Shown here: positions 30,001-38,482 of the stretch, in pieces
How positions within the stretch are numbered: the stretch's first letter is position 1
Layout: each line of letters starts with the position of its first letter
Assembly: GCA_032249235.1 (NCBI GenBank)
Contig: JAVVGF010000001.1
Span: 160,001 to 224,000, forward strand
Length of the DNA: 64,000 nt
From: Thermoproteota archaeon
Lineage (GTDB): Archaea; Thermoproteota; Thermoprotei; Gearchaeales; Gearchaeaceae
Reading direction: 5' to 3'
Program-made: the position numbers and the translations under genes
The notes under the pieces: model-generated
Told to the model about the DNA's origin: nothing
Database searches by the model: none
What the model saw: the letters and a program-made list of their open reading frames with translations, nothing else

Positions 30001-30110
30001 ATTATCTTATTTATCATTGGAGCGAATGGTGCAAGAGATAAAGCGATTAAAATCCAGATGACAATTATTTTCTTGTATTTTTGTCTTACGAAGGATGAAT
30101 ATCTTTCCAT
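27009..30110 (-). CDS. MMPL/RND family transporter with large extracytoplasmic insertion
   Basis: Two TM bundles with GLCSDYSAYLLRRY and GVGVDYDIFLLTRVREE, IGLSVLFDSF, C-terminal WNWWP; start set at ATG 30110 (track 30158). Confidence 0.9.
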   Translation of the reverse strand: MERYSSFVRQKYKKIIVIWILIALSLAPFAPMINKIINYDVEVNLPNSDFQNAVNKINAEFSHKNYTAKYLSVIASYNYYIIIKSNNPYSNDIKLFDYSIREKIDKEMNKFSLSYYKLTEILLYQIVANYTDKINQLYNESFKIYNQTILIKKFLDQAVNNITKIENDISNILNFIYGPPSVFLKYYQFLNINDSIKRSEEAKNLTILTLNLSGIALNYFNTFYQEWIKYNNIGNYYQNAQEIIDKISPYFLENYFNLTKEIIAIILGNTNLNTWNGKSVLLNISLEIFKSKLQTNIDKEFLIDKIRELIVNKTDINKITEDIITKEISNQNSVVQLVDEIIEQKTFNESIAKNITATFVLKNILNNINYNPYFYVNNYTFIKFLNKIIDNNNNLNDTIKEIIINSDVKDFPIILKDNIKSIFIDETHGIFLIIVFSNHYPNDQEIAKDLDIFDKIKKDVKTNNVEIYITGISLLSHEIKIGAENALYTIIPLGLVIIFLIVSLYFRSFVAGGIVLSLFAIAIIIAFALNYIILGIWLNRNISFVSPSIVLVLTLGLCSDYSAYLLRRYQLERSEGKDKNEALMAVTYWSSRGVITSSLAVFSSYVILSLMNVPLFGETAIANAIAVASTMITSLLFFPSLLYALGDKVFWPKRTKGYEIKLSKVYEFNLKHKNEIVLLLTAITLISLLFVSNITTVLDVPPLMPPSEVQKGTLLFYSTIGSSISPIYIYVEGKGKVLINENLNSTYLNYVSSIADNISKIKEVKYVYTIDRPFGDKIDLNKVFLNETTKEIFLPSIERFIGTSNNGVLIEVIIDKQPFSLDAIEVLKEIRAVIPANEEFKVYVDGVTQMSFDSKAVTDQVTPIVLLSLITVIGFLLFMQLISVLIPIRLILTVLSSVAWSLALLYIVYHLLFNLPIINAVPLFLVVTMLGVGVDYDIFLLTRVREEVVKGKNDEDAIKIALEKTGTTIMILGLLLGITFLLLLIPNFPLLNEIGFAIGLSVLFDSFIIVQFFVPSIMLIAKKWNWWPSKIKR

Positions 30111-30196
30111 TAAAGCTATATTTTTTTCCTCAATAATATATGCTTTCAAAGGTAACAAATGGATATATCAGACTTAGGAGATTAAAACTCAATTGA

Positions 30197-30709
30197 ATGG
30201 TAAAAAGCTCTTTATTTAAAACCACAAGGATCAGTAAGGCAAAATACATTCTAATTATAGGCATTACTTTAGTTTTTCTATCTATTTTAATCTCCGCTTT
30301 TGCTTTGGAGGAATATTCGGTAACCAAGAAGTTATCGGGTAGTTTGAAATTAAACGAAGGAGATTCTTTTTCGATAGATGTAATTCCTTCAAGCTTTACT
30401 AGTTATGCTTATGTATATAATGGTTCTCTTTATCTGAATTCTACAGGTCCATTGATAATAACAGGAGAAGGGGTTCAAACAATTTTCTATAACCAAACAA
30501 AAGTTGACTTACGAGGCTTGGCATCGAATTTAGTAATTAGGGCATTGAAAAACGATACTACTGTGAGCTATAATGGTTTCTTGGAAATTAAAGTTAAACC
30601 GTATTATTTTCTTTCGATCCCTTCGATATTCATTTTAATTGTTGGTATGGTATTTTCATTCATGGGCGTATATCAATTCATAATTGAGAAAAAAATGCAA
30701 CATTATTGA
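30197..30709 (+). CDS. Hypothetical membrane protein (2 TM flanking a beta-rich ectodomain), divergent from MMPL
   Basis: Hydrophobic N- and C-terminal helices. Confidence 0.7.
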   Translation: MVKSSLFKTTRISKAKYILIIGITLVFLSILISAFALEEYSVTKKLSGSLKLNEGDSFSIDVIPSSFTSYAYVYNGSLYLNSTGPLIITGEGVQTIFYNQTKVDLRGLASNLVIRALKNDTTVSYNGFLEIKVKPYYFLSIPSIFILIVGMVFSFMGVYQFIIEKKMQHY

Positions 30710-30832
30710 TGGTAAATATAAAATTTTTTTTTATCAAATTATATATAAGATTTTCTCTTTTTTTCGAGTGGTAAGACAAAAAAGGCTATTTTGAGCAATA
30801 CATTTTTAAATTTGAAATTAATGCATAACTTA

Positions 30833-33511
30833 ATGGCGACTAAAAAATTGTTTGCTATACTAGCGTTGCTGGTACTAGTGGGAGGAATTTTCGCCTTCCA
30901 AACAAACGTAAAAAACGTTGAAGCACAACAAAAAGGTCCTGCTTCTGATACAATAATCTTAAAACAAATAACTAATGACCAGCAAGCAATGGCTCAAGTT
31001 GATTTAGGAGGAGATCAAGGAGGAACAGATATTCATTTCTTCAGAGCGCCTCCTGCTCAAATTACAGAATTGCTCACAGATCCAAATATAGTAGTAGTTT
31101 TCAATAAGAGAGGAGGTTATCTTTCATTGATATTGAATCCTGTTCCAATGAGTGAAACTGGAAAATTCAATCCTTTTGAATATAGAGAATTTAGAGAAGG
31201 ACTTCAATACATTGTAGAAAGGCAAAAAATTGTTACAGATATTAACAAAGGATATTCAATACCATGGTTAGTTCCAATATCTTGGTTTGATTACGATTGG
31301 CTCTATGTAGCTGATAATGTAGAAAAATTAGGAATTAAAGATGACGTAAACTATGGTTATCAATTAATGGCTGATGCATTAACTAAGGCAGGGGCAGTAA
31401 AAGTAGGAGGTAAATGGACTTATAACGGTGTACCTATCTCTATAACAATATTTATAAGAAGCGATGATCCAGTGAGATTACTAATCGGAGAAGATTTAGC
31501 AACTAAATTATCTAACTTCGGTTTGACGGTAAATAAGATATATGGCGATCTTTTAAAAGCATTCGACGTAGTATATGGCTCTGATCCAAGGGCTTTAGGA
31601 TGGCATATATATACAGAAGGTTGGGGACAAACAGCTTTGACCAAATATCAAGATAGTGCTACTTATCAATTTTATGCATCTCCATTAGGATTTATGCCAG
31701 GATGGGCTGAACCTACGTTCTGGAATTATGCAAATAAGACAATAGATGATTTAACAACTAGATTAGTAACAGGTAACTTTACTTCTCTAGATGAAAGAAA
31801 TAATATATTAAATCAAGCTATATTGCTAGGATATAAGGAATCTGTAAGGATTTTCCTTGCTGAATTATATGATGCTTATATTTACAACAAGAGGAGAGTA
31901 TCTGGTGCTGATCTAGTGAATGAGTATGCTTCAGGGTTAGCAAATAGATTTACACTCTACAATATTAAGGCTATAGTTAATACAAATATTCCTATAACAG
32001 GAGGAGTTAAGTATTTATCAAGGGGAGCCTTCAATCCAATCGGAGGCCTTCAAGATGTATATTCAGTATTCATTTATTATGCAATTTCAGATCCTGGAAT
32101 ATGGAGAGATCCTCATAGCGGTGATGTAATACCATGGAGAGAGAATTTCAATGTTATTGCTGCATCTACTACACCTTCAATTGATGTTCCAGCAGATGCA
32201 ATAAAGTGGGATCCAATTAATCACAAATGGGTAACTGTAGGTTCAGGTCTAAAAGCTAAATCTGTAGTACAATACAACTTTACATTCGGAAACTGGCATG
32301 ATGGCTCTCCTAATAATATCTATGACATATTATATGGATTCTACTTCCTATGGGAATGGTCAAATCAGGCTAATGCTACTGATCAAAGATATAGCTCAAC
32401 ATATGCAAGTTCTGTTGGTCCAACTTTACAATCATTGATTGCAATTAAGCCTAGCGCTGATGGTAATAGCATAACTATCTATCTTAATTATTGGCATTTC
32501 GATAAAGGAGAAATAGCTGCATTTCTCGATCCTTGGGTTACAACTCCTTGGCAATTATTGTATGCAATGGAACAAATGTACATAAAGAAGCAAGGTTCAT
32601 GGTATCAATCAGAAGCTAATGCTAGAGGTACAGTATGGTTGGACCCGATAGCTGCTTCACAAGCTGCAGTAATAAGAAGCTGGTTGGCTCAATTTAACAG
32701 TACAAATAGCATTCCAGATGCTTTGACTTCAGGTTGGTCAGTAACAGGACTTCCACAGATAACTCTTGATGAAGCTAAGACAAGGTATACAGCTTCGATC
32801 AAATTCATCGATACCTATGGTCATGCTCTTATATCCAACGGCTTATTCATTTTAACTCAATACATACCTAATAATCAAGCAGTGCTTCAAGCTAATAGGG
32901 CCGATCCTCTAGATCCTGCTAAGTGGAAAGCATTCACTGTAGAAAAGCTTGCAAGCATTGATAACATATCTTATACTGCACCTCCTAATGTTATACCTAA
33001 AGGTCAAGATTTCGTAGCAAATGTTCAAATATCGATCTCAAATGTAGGACCTGCTACATCTGATCAAATCAGGAATAGATATTGGGTATATGATACAAGC
33101 GGAAACTTACTCTTCAGTGGTAATTTAACTTATACAGGTACACCTGGATCATTTAAGATTCAATTCCCAACGAATAATTTAGAAACAGGTGTGCACAGCC
33201 TAAAGATATATGTAGGTTCAATCTACGCCTTAATACCTGATATTAAGCAAGTATCCTTTATTGTAGGTCCTTCAATAACTACACAAACAACAACTACAAC
33301 AACTACAACTACAACTACACCTGGAGGAGGTACTTCAATAACTCTTCCTTTCGTTAATACAACTACCACAACGACTACTACTTCACCACCTCAATCACCT
33401 ACACCAGCGCCACCGATAGACATTTTAACCATTACTATAATAGTACTTGCTATATTAGTTGTTGCAACTCTTGCAGTAATCTTCTTAAGAAGACCAGCAG
33501 CAAGAACTTAA
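30833..33511 (+). CDS. Archaeal family-5 (peptide/oligosaccharide) ABC substrate-binding protein with Thr-rich linker and C-terminal TM
   Basis: LILNP..FNPF..REFR, IRSDDPVR, YTEGWG, WHDG, SNGLF.L; poly-Thr linker; TATA-like TTTTAAA at 30804-30810 supports ATG 30833. Confidence 0.88.
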   Translation: MATKKLFAILALLVLVGGIFAFQTNVKNVEAQQKGPASDTIILKQITNDQQAMAQVDLGGDQGGTDIHFFRAPPAQITELLTDPNIVVVFNKRGGYLSLILNPVPMSETGKFNPFEYREFREGLQYIVERQKIVTDINKGYSIPWLVPISWFDYDWLYVADNVEKLGIKDDVNYGYQLMADALTKAGAVKVGGKWTYNGVPISITIFIRSDDPVRLLIGEDLATKLSNFGLTVNKIYGDLLKAFDVVYGSDPRALGWHIYTEGWGQTALTKYQDSATYQFYASPLGFMPGWAEPTFWNYANKTIDDLTTRLVTGNFTSLDERNNILNQAILLGYKESVRIFLAELYDAYIYNKRRVSGADLVNEYASGLANRFTLYNIKAIVNTNIPITGGVKYLSRGAFNPIGGLQDVYSVFIYYAISDPGIWRDPHSGDVIPWRENFNVIAASTTPSIDVPADAIKWDPINHKWVTVGSGLKAKSVVQYNFTFGNWHDGSPNNIYDILYGFYFLWEWSNQANATDQRYSSTYASSVGPTLQSLIAIKPSADGNSITIYLNYWHFDKGEIAAFLDPWVTTPWQLLYAMEQMYIKKQGSWYQSEANARGTVWLDPIAASQAAVIRSWLAQFNSTNSIPDALTSGWSVTGLPQITLDEAKTRYTASIKFIDTYGHALISNGLFILTQYIPNNQAVLQANRADPLDPAKWKAFTVEKLASIDNISYTAPPNVIPKGQDFVANVQISISNVGPATSDQIRNRYWVYDTSGNLLFSGNLTYTGTPGSFKIQFPTNNLETGVHSLKIYVGSIYALIPDIKQVSFIVGPSITTQTTTTTTTTTTTPGGGTSITLPFVNTTTTTTTTSPPQSPTPAPPIDILTITIIVLAILVVATLAVIFLRRPAART
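33278..33381 (+). repeat. Low-complexity ACN (Thr) codon tracts encoding the SBP linker
   Basis: ACAACAACTACAACAACTACAACTACAACTACA and a second tract near 33358. Confidence 0.8.
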
Positions 33512-33551
33512 CTTAAATAAATATTTATATTTTTTTTATTATCTTTTCTTT

Positions 33552-34601
33552 ATGGGTTTATATTCGTATCTAGCTATAAGGACAATCAATGTATTCTTAG
33601 TTCTGGTAATAACTCTGGCATTGACTATAGGCTTGTTTTTCAATGCTTTCTATGATATAAGAGTTCAGTCAATAAGATATGAAGTAAATTCTATAATTTC
33701 AGATCTTTATAGGAGGGGTGTATGCCAAAGTAGTGATGTATGTGAAAAACTTAGACAAGATCTTATTGCTCAGAGAATGCATGCTGAAGGTCTTGATAAA
33801 CCATGGTATGAACAAATATGGGTTATGATGAGAGATATCTTGTCTTTTGATTTCGGACGAGCTCTTCATTTGAAAGCTGAAAATGGTGATAATCTTGTTT
33901 CCGTTATTATAGCTGAGAGAATACCTAGAACTGTGATGCTTTTGGGCACTGCAGTTTTAATAACTACTATATTAGGCTTAATATTAGGTCTTTATTCTGC
34001 GAATCGTCCACAAAGTATATTAGACAAAACCGTTATCGTTGCAGGATTGACCAGCAATGCTTTTGCTGCATGGTGGATAGGCTTATTACTTCAATTCATT
34101 TTTGCCTATAACTTAAAACTATTACCTGCACTAGGTATAGTAGATAATTATGCTACAACGAACCCCTTTGACAGATTCATCGACGTTTTAAGGCATTTAA
34201 TTCTTCCTTTAACATCTTTAGTTGTTGTATCCTTTGGAGGATGGGCTTTAGTAGTTAGAAATCTTTTAATAAGTACACTGGCTGAGGATTACATAACTGC
34301 AGCAAGAGCTAAGGGTGTTCCTGAAAGAAGACTTTTATTTGGACATGCACTTAAAAGTGCAGCTCCTCCAATAATAACAATAATCGCTCTTAGCGTTGCA
34401 GGAGTCTTCGGAGGTGCGATCATAACTGAAACTGTCTTTCAATGGAATGGGCTGGGAGTATTGATATTTGAAGCTATATCTCAATTAGATATGCCGATAA
34501 TACTTGCATTCTTCTACATTTCAACGATCTTAATTGTGCTCGCTAACTATGTTGCAGACTTGTTATATGGCATATTTGATCCTAGAGTAAAAGCTGGCTA
34601 A
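33552..34601 (+). CDS. dppB: Peptide ABC transporter permease (DppB/OppB type)
   Basis: GLDKP, FDFGR, ERIPRT, HLILP, EDYITAARAKG, ITETVFQWNGLG, DPRV. Confidence 0.92.
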   Translation: MGLYSYLAIRTINVFLVLVITLALTIGLFFNAFYDIRVQSIRYEVNSIISDLYRRGVCQSSDVCEKLRQDLIAQRMHAEGLDKPWYEQIWVMMRDILSFDFGRALHLKAENGDNLVSVIIAERIPRTVMLLGTAVLITTILGLILGLYSANRPQSILDKTVIVAGLTSNAFAAWWIGLLLQFIFAYNLKLLPALGIVDNYATTNPFDRFIDVLRHLILPLTSLVVVSFGGWALVVRNLLISTLAEDYITAARAKGVPERRLLFGHALKSAAPPIITIIALSVAGVFGGAIITETVFQWNGLGVLIFEAISQLDMPIILAFFYISTILIVLANYVADLLYGIFDPRVKAG

Positions 34602-36028
34602 TGTCTCGCTTTTTAAGTAAAAGAGCGCCTCTGATAAAAGAATTCTTCAGCAGATCTTTTGGAGTTATCGGTGTTGCTCTTTTATTATTCTTCATAATTA
34701 TGAGTATATCTGCACCTATAGTTGCTCCTAACGCTGCCTATAATTGGGCGAATTTGGATGCATGGAGGGATAATCCAAGAGCTGTTCCACCTGTATGGTA
34801 TTTACAATTGATAAATGCACCCCTATTTCCCACAATTACACTCTTAGCATCTAATTATAATGCATCTGCATTATCTTCGAACTTATATCTATCAACAGCT
34901 ACTATTAACTTCAAGAATGACAATACAGGATTACCTACAGGTTTTGTTTTTTATATAACTTATGAATATTCATCTAATCTTTATACACTGATGAATATAA
35001 CTAGGCCGGATGGTAAGAGTATAATTCTTAATTTAAATAATGCAATTACTTTTCCAACCCCAACCAATACAACGCTTTATCAAGCAAGAGTTACAAGCGA
35101 TTCTTCAAGTTTGAGGGATGATTTCTATAATTGGTTAAAAGATAATAAGATTGATCTTTCTAGCATTCCTTCACCTTCTAATCTCGTAATTTCTCATTTA
35201 ATTTTTTCTAAGTTAAATCAAGAAATAATAAATCCTAAAACTGCTGAGCCTTTAAAAGGCGAATATAGCTTCCAAGTTTATGCAATATCAGGCTCGCCCA
35301 TTAAAATAAAGGAGTTCAAATTAATAATTCAAGGGAATGCATATGGCGTGATGGGTACAGATGGTTTGAAAAGAGATGAGTGGGCTGGCCTACTTTGGGG
35401 TGCACCGATTGCTTTATTGCTCGGAATATCTACATCCTTGATTTCGGTTGTTTTAGGTTTAGTTTATGGAACTGTTTCAGGATATTATGGAAGGAGAATA
35501 GATGAAATAATGATGAGAATCGTAGATGTTTTGATATCTATACCTGTATTGCCTATCCTCATTCTATTCCTAGTTTATTTTGGGCGCACTGCATCTATTT
35601 GGATTTTAATTTTCTTAATTTCTATTTTTGGATGGATGGGCATAGCAAGAGTTGCTAGAAGCAATACCCTACAAATAAAAGAGTTACCTTTCATTGAGTC
35701 TACTAGAGTTATGGGTGCAAGCAATATATGGATAATGTTCAGACATATTCTTCCACAAATGTTACCTTATGCATATGCAAATTTAGCTTTGGGTGTTCCA
35801 GCAGCGATATTAACTGAAGCAGGATTGAGCTTTCTAGGATTAGGAGATCCTACTTTGCCAACATGGGGCCAGCTGCTAAATCATGCTCAAGATACAGCAG
35901 CTGTCCAATTTGGTTATTGGTGGCTTTGGATTCCACCAGGCTTATTGATTGCAGGAATATCGATCGCTTTCGTATTCATAGGTCATGCATTAGATGAAGT
36001 ATTAAATCCAAGAATAAGAAGATTGTAA
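34601..36028 (+). CDS. dppC: Peptide ABC transporter permease (DppC/OppC type) with large ectodomain
   Basis: MGTDGLKRD, MRIVD, FIESTRVMGAS, RHILP, EAGLSFLGLG, PPG, LNPR. Confidence 0.92.
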   Translation: MSRFLSKRAPLIKEFFSRSFGVIGVALLLFFIIMSISAPIVAPNAAYNWANLDAWRDNPRAVPPVWYLQLINAPLFPTITLLASNYNASALSSNLYLSTATINFKNDNTGLPTGFVFYITYEYSSNLYTLMNITRPDGKSIILNLNNAITFPTPTNTTLYQARVTSDSSSLRDDFYNWLKDNKIDLSSIPSPSNLVISHLIFSKLNQEIINPKTAEPLKGEYSFQVYAISGSPIKIKEFKLIIQGNAYGVMGTDGLKRDEWAGLLWGAPIALLLGISTSLISVVLGLVYGTVSGYYGRRIDEIMMRIVDVLISIPVLPILILFLVYFGRTASIWILIFLISIFGWMGIARVARSNTLQIKELPFIESTRVMGASNIWIMFRHILPQMLPYAYANLALGVPAAILTEAGLSFLGLGDPTLPTWGQLLNHAQDTAAVQFGYWWLWIPPGLLIAGISIAFVFIGHALDEVLNPRIRRL

Positions 36029-36031
36029 ATT

Positions 36032-36760
36032 TTAGGATATTAATTTTATGGATATTAATTCATATTTAATTTGTGTATTATCGGAATAAGTCAATATATA
36101 ATATACTAGAAAATCTTTTTCATTTATTTTAGTAACCCAAAACTCACTTTTATTTATATTATTTATTATATTTGTTGTACTATATTTATATATTGTTAAA
36201 TTGGTATAATAATACGATTTATTCTCTTTTCCATTAAAAGATATATTATTATTTAAATATTTTAATAAATCATCATTAAATCTTTCAAATGGAAAAATTA
36301 AAATTCGATCGATATAATTCCATAAATTTTGAGCATATTTACCTGTCACTTCTTGTTCGTCTCCTTTTTTTGCTTTTAATATTTGATATGAAGCTATATT
36401 AATCCAGAAAACATATATGTTTATCTCATTTGTAGAGTTCAAAAATATCTTTATTGTGTAAGCTAAAGTTCCATTTAAATTTTCTTTGCCAATGTATTGA
36501 TATATTATGTTAAAAAATAATGAAGAAGAGATAAAATAGCGATAGTTTATTATTTCAAAATACTCTACAAACTTTATTGCGCTTTGAATATCCAAAAAGT
36601 TTAATCTAATTGTCGGGTTAGAAGAAGTAGTTAACGTTGGAGTTGTAATAGTAGAGTTAGTATTGGGGTTGGAAGGAAAATTTCTGAAGGACAAGGTAGT
36701 TACAGATATAATAACAAAAAGAATAATAAGAGTTATGATTATTTTTGTTTTTCTCTTCAC
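36032..36760 (-). CDS. N-terminally anchored extracellular protein with LolA/RseB-like beta-sheet signature
   Basis: Basic N-terminus plus TM, Thr/Ser/Pro linker, then IGKENLNGTLAYTIKI...FWINIASYQILK and a second half-repeat NGKENKSY...EFWV. Confidence 0.5.
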   Translation of the reverse strand: MKRKTKIIITLIILFVIISVTTLSFRNFPSNPNTNSTITTPTLTTSSNPTIRLNFLDIQSAIKFVEYFEIINYRYFISSSLFFNIIYQYIGKENLNGTLAYTIKIFLNSTNEINIYVFWINIASYQILKAKKGDEQEVTGKYAQNLWNYIDRILIFPFERFNDDLLKYLNNNISFNGKENKSYYYTNLTIYKYSTTNIINNINKSEFWVTKINEKDFLVYYILTYSDNTQIKYELISIKLIS

Positions 36761-36856
36761 ATGATTAACTCATTTTGTTTTTTAAAAATTTTTTCGTTGG
36801 TGTCTATAAAGAAATTACCGTAACATTTAATTCTATTGAGGATTAAAAATTCTATA

Positions 36857-37903
36857 ATGAAAATTGCTATAATAGGTGCAGGACCTGCAGGAGCTAATTG
36901 CGCTTATTGGGCTTCAAAAGAGGGTCATGAGGTAGTATTGTACGAGAAAAACACAGATTTTGCATTGAAGCCTTGCGGAGAAGGAGTATTTAAAGAAGCT
37001 TTTGAATATGTTCCAATAAAACCTGAAGAATCGAAGTGGTCTTTAAGCTATATTCATAGGGCTGAAGTTTATTATAAGAACAAATTATTACTCGAAACAG
37101 ATACCTCACCTTTTGATGGATATATTATTAACAAAAGGGCTTTCCTTAGAGAACTTGTAGAATATGCGATTGATGAAGGTGCTCGATTTCAAAAAGGGAG
37201 TTACTTTGTAGAAAAGGATGACTTTGATTTGATAATCGATGCAGGAGGCTACGTTTCAACTTTTGCAAGAAGAAAAGGTATTGTATATAATAATTATAAG
37301 CTAGCACCTGCTATACGCGGTTATGGGAAGTCATCTAAAATACGTGAAGATACCTTATACTTTGAAGTATATAATTTTGGTTATTCATGGATATTTCCTT
37401 ATGGCAAAGGATACTGCAACTTCGGAATAGGAGGACATACGAACAATAAATCGCTCATGCTCAATAATTTATATTCCTTTTTGAAATTATTCGATGTAGA
37501 AATAGTTTCTAAGATTGAAGGCGCTGCATTTCCATCAAATGGTCCTCTTAAGAAACTAACTTTAGGCAAAATTAGAGTTGCAGGTGACACAGCGGGTATG
37601 GTCATGCCTATAAGCGGTGAGGGAATAAGATTCGCCTTATATGCTGGTAAGATATGTTATAAAGAAAATTATGAAGAATTATTCAAACAAAAATACGGTA
37701 AAAAATTAGAAAACGGCAAAAAAATCTTAGACTTTTGGCTAAGTTTAAATGAAGAAGAACTTAAAATTTTAATAAAAGAAATGGATCCTTTGAAACTTAT
37801 CATGGCTTTTCTTGAAGGAGAAAAACCAAGTGTAATTGAAGGATTTAAGTTTTTGAAGAAACCTAACGTTATATTAAAAGCATTACAAAAAGTTTATATT
37901 TAA
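36857..37903 (+). CDS. Geranylgeranyl reductase-family FAD oxidoreductase (paralog 1)
   Basis: IIGAGPAG, KPCGEG, GYSWIFP, AGDTAGMVMPISGEGI; start set at ATG 36857. Confidence 0.85.
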   Translation: MKIAIIGAGPAGANCAYWASKEGHEVVLYEKNTDFALKPCGEGVFKEAFEYVPIKPEESKWSLSYIHRAEVYYKNKLLLETDTSPFDGYIINKRAFLRELVEYAIDEGARFQKGSYFVEKDDFDLIIDAGGYVSTFARRKGIVYNNYKLAPAIRGYGKSSKIREDTLYFEVYNFGYSWIFPYGKGYCNFGIGGHTNNKSLMLNNLYSFLKLFDVEIVSKIEGAAFPSNGPLKKLTLGKIRVAGDTAGMVMPISGEGIRFALYAGKICYKENYEELFKQKYGKKLENGKKILDFWLSLNEEELKILIKEMDPLKLIMAFLEGEKPSVIEGFKFLKKPNVILKALQKVYI

Positions 37904-37911
37904 TATAAAAA

Positions 37912-38112
37912 TCAGCCTTCTTTAAACGGTTTTATTTTTGCGTCTCCTTCAAATCTCAGTGTTCCCAATTTTGCTTCGCCTAGATAAAGCGATACGGCAA
38001 GATTCAAATTAGCAGACCATCCTGTTCCTAACGCCATTTTTGCTACTTCTAATAAGAATGCAAATAGTGGGTTCAAAGTTAACTCGGCCAATGTTTGCTT
38101 TTCTTCACTCAT
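37912..38112 (-). CDS. Small hypothetical protein (66 aa), apparent paralog of 38148-38321
   Basis: ATG start with TATA-like element upstream; helix plus beta-hairpin pattern. Confidence 0.65.
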   Translation of the reverse strand: MSEEKQTLAELTLNPLFAFLLEVAKMALGTGWSANLNLAVSLYLGEAKLGTLRFEGDAKIKPFKEG

Positions 38113-38147
38113 TGACTAATAAGTCTTATATTTATTTAAAAGCTTTA

Positions 38148-38321
38148 CTATCCTTTCTTTGGAATGTATTCAATATTACCATTTATGACTACGGTGATCA
38201 ACTTTGTCTTGCCATAGTTTAAATCAATTTTAACATCTTTCATGCTTATTTCGAAATGTCTGTTCATTATTAGCATTATCAATTGCCTTATTACTTCCGC
38301 ATTGAATAGAATTTTCTCCAT
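38148..38321 (-). CDS. Small hypothetical protein (57 aa) not in the ORF track
   Basis: Manual translation MEKILFNAEVIRQLIMLIMNRHFEISMKDVKIDLNYGKTKLITVVINGNIEYIPKKG*; aligns by eye with the 66-aa neighbour. Confidence 0.65.
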   Translation of the reverse strand: MEKILFNAEVIRQLIMLIMNRHFEISMKDVKIDLNYGKTKLITVVINGNIEYIPKKG

Positions 38322-38482
38322 AAGCAAAAATCTTTGTCATGTTTAAAGCTTTATCTATCTTTTTTCGTTTAATGTTTTATCATTTGTTTCCATACATGAT
38401 TCTTTGCTTAATCTTCAACTCAAGCTTTTTTTCTAACGTAATTACGGATAAGATTAATTTGTCTAAATTCATTTATTTGAAC

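Noticed and set aside
33278-33381. ACA/ACT tandem runs as a CRISPR or satellite repeat
   Set aside because: They are in-frame Thr codons of the SBP linker; there is no repeat-spacer structure.
38339-38482. N-terminal hydrophobic extension of GGR-2 given by the ORF track
   Set aside because: Precedes the Rossmann motif by about 50 aa and spans the divergent promoter region; GTG 38483 is the more plausible start.
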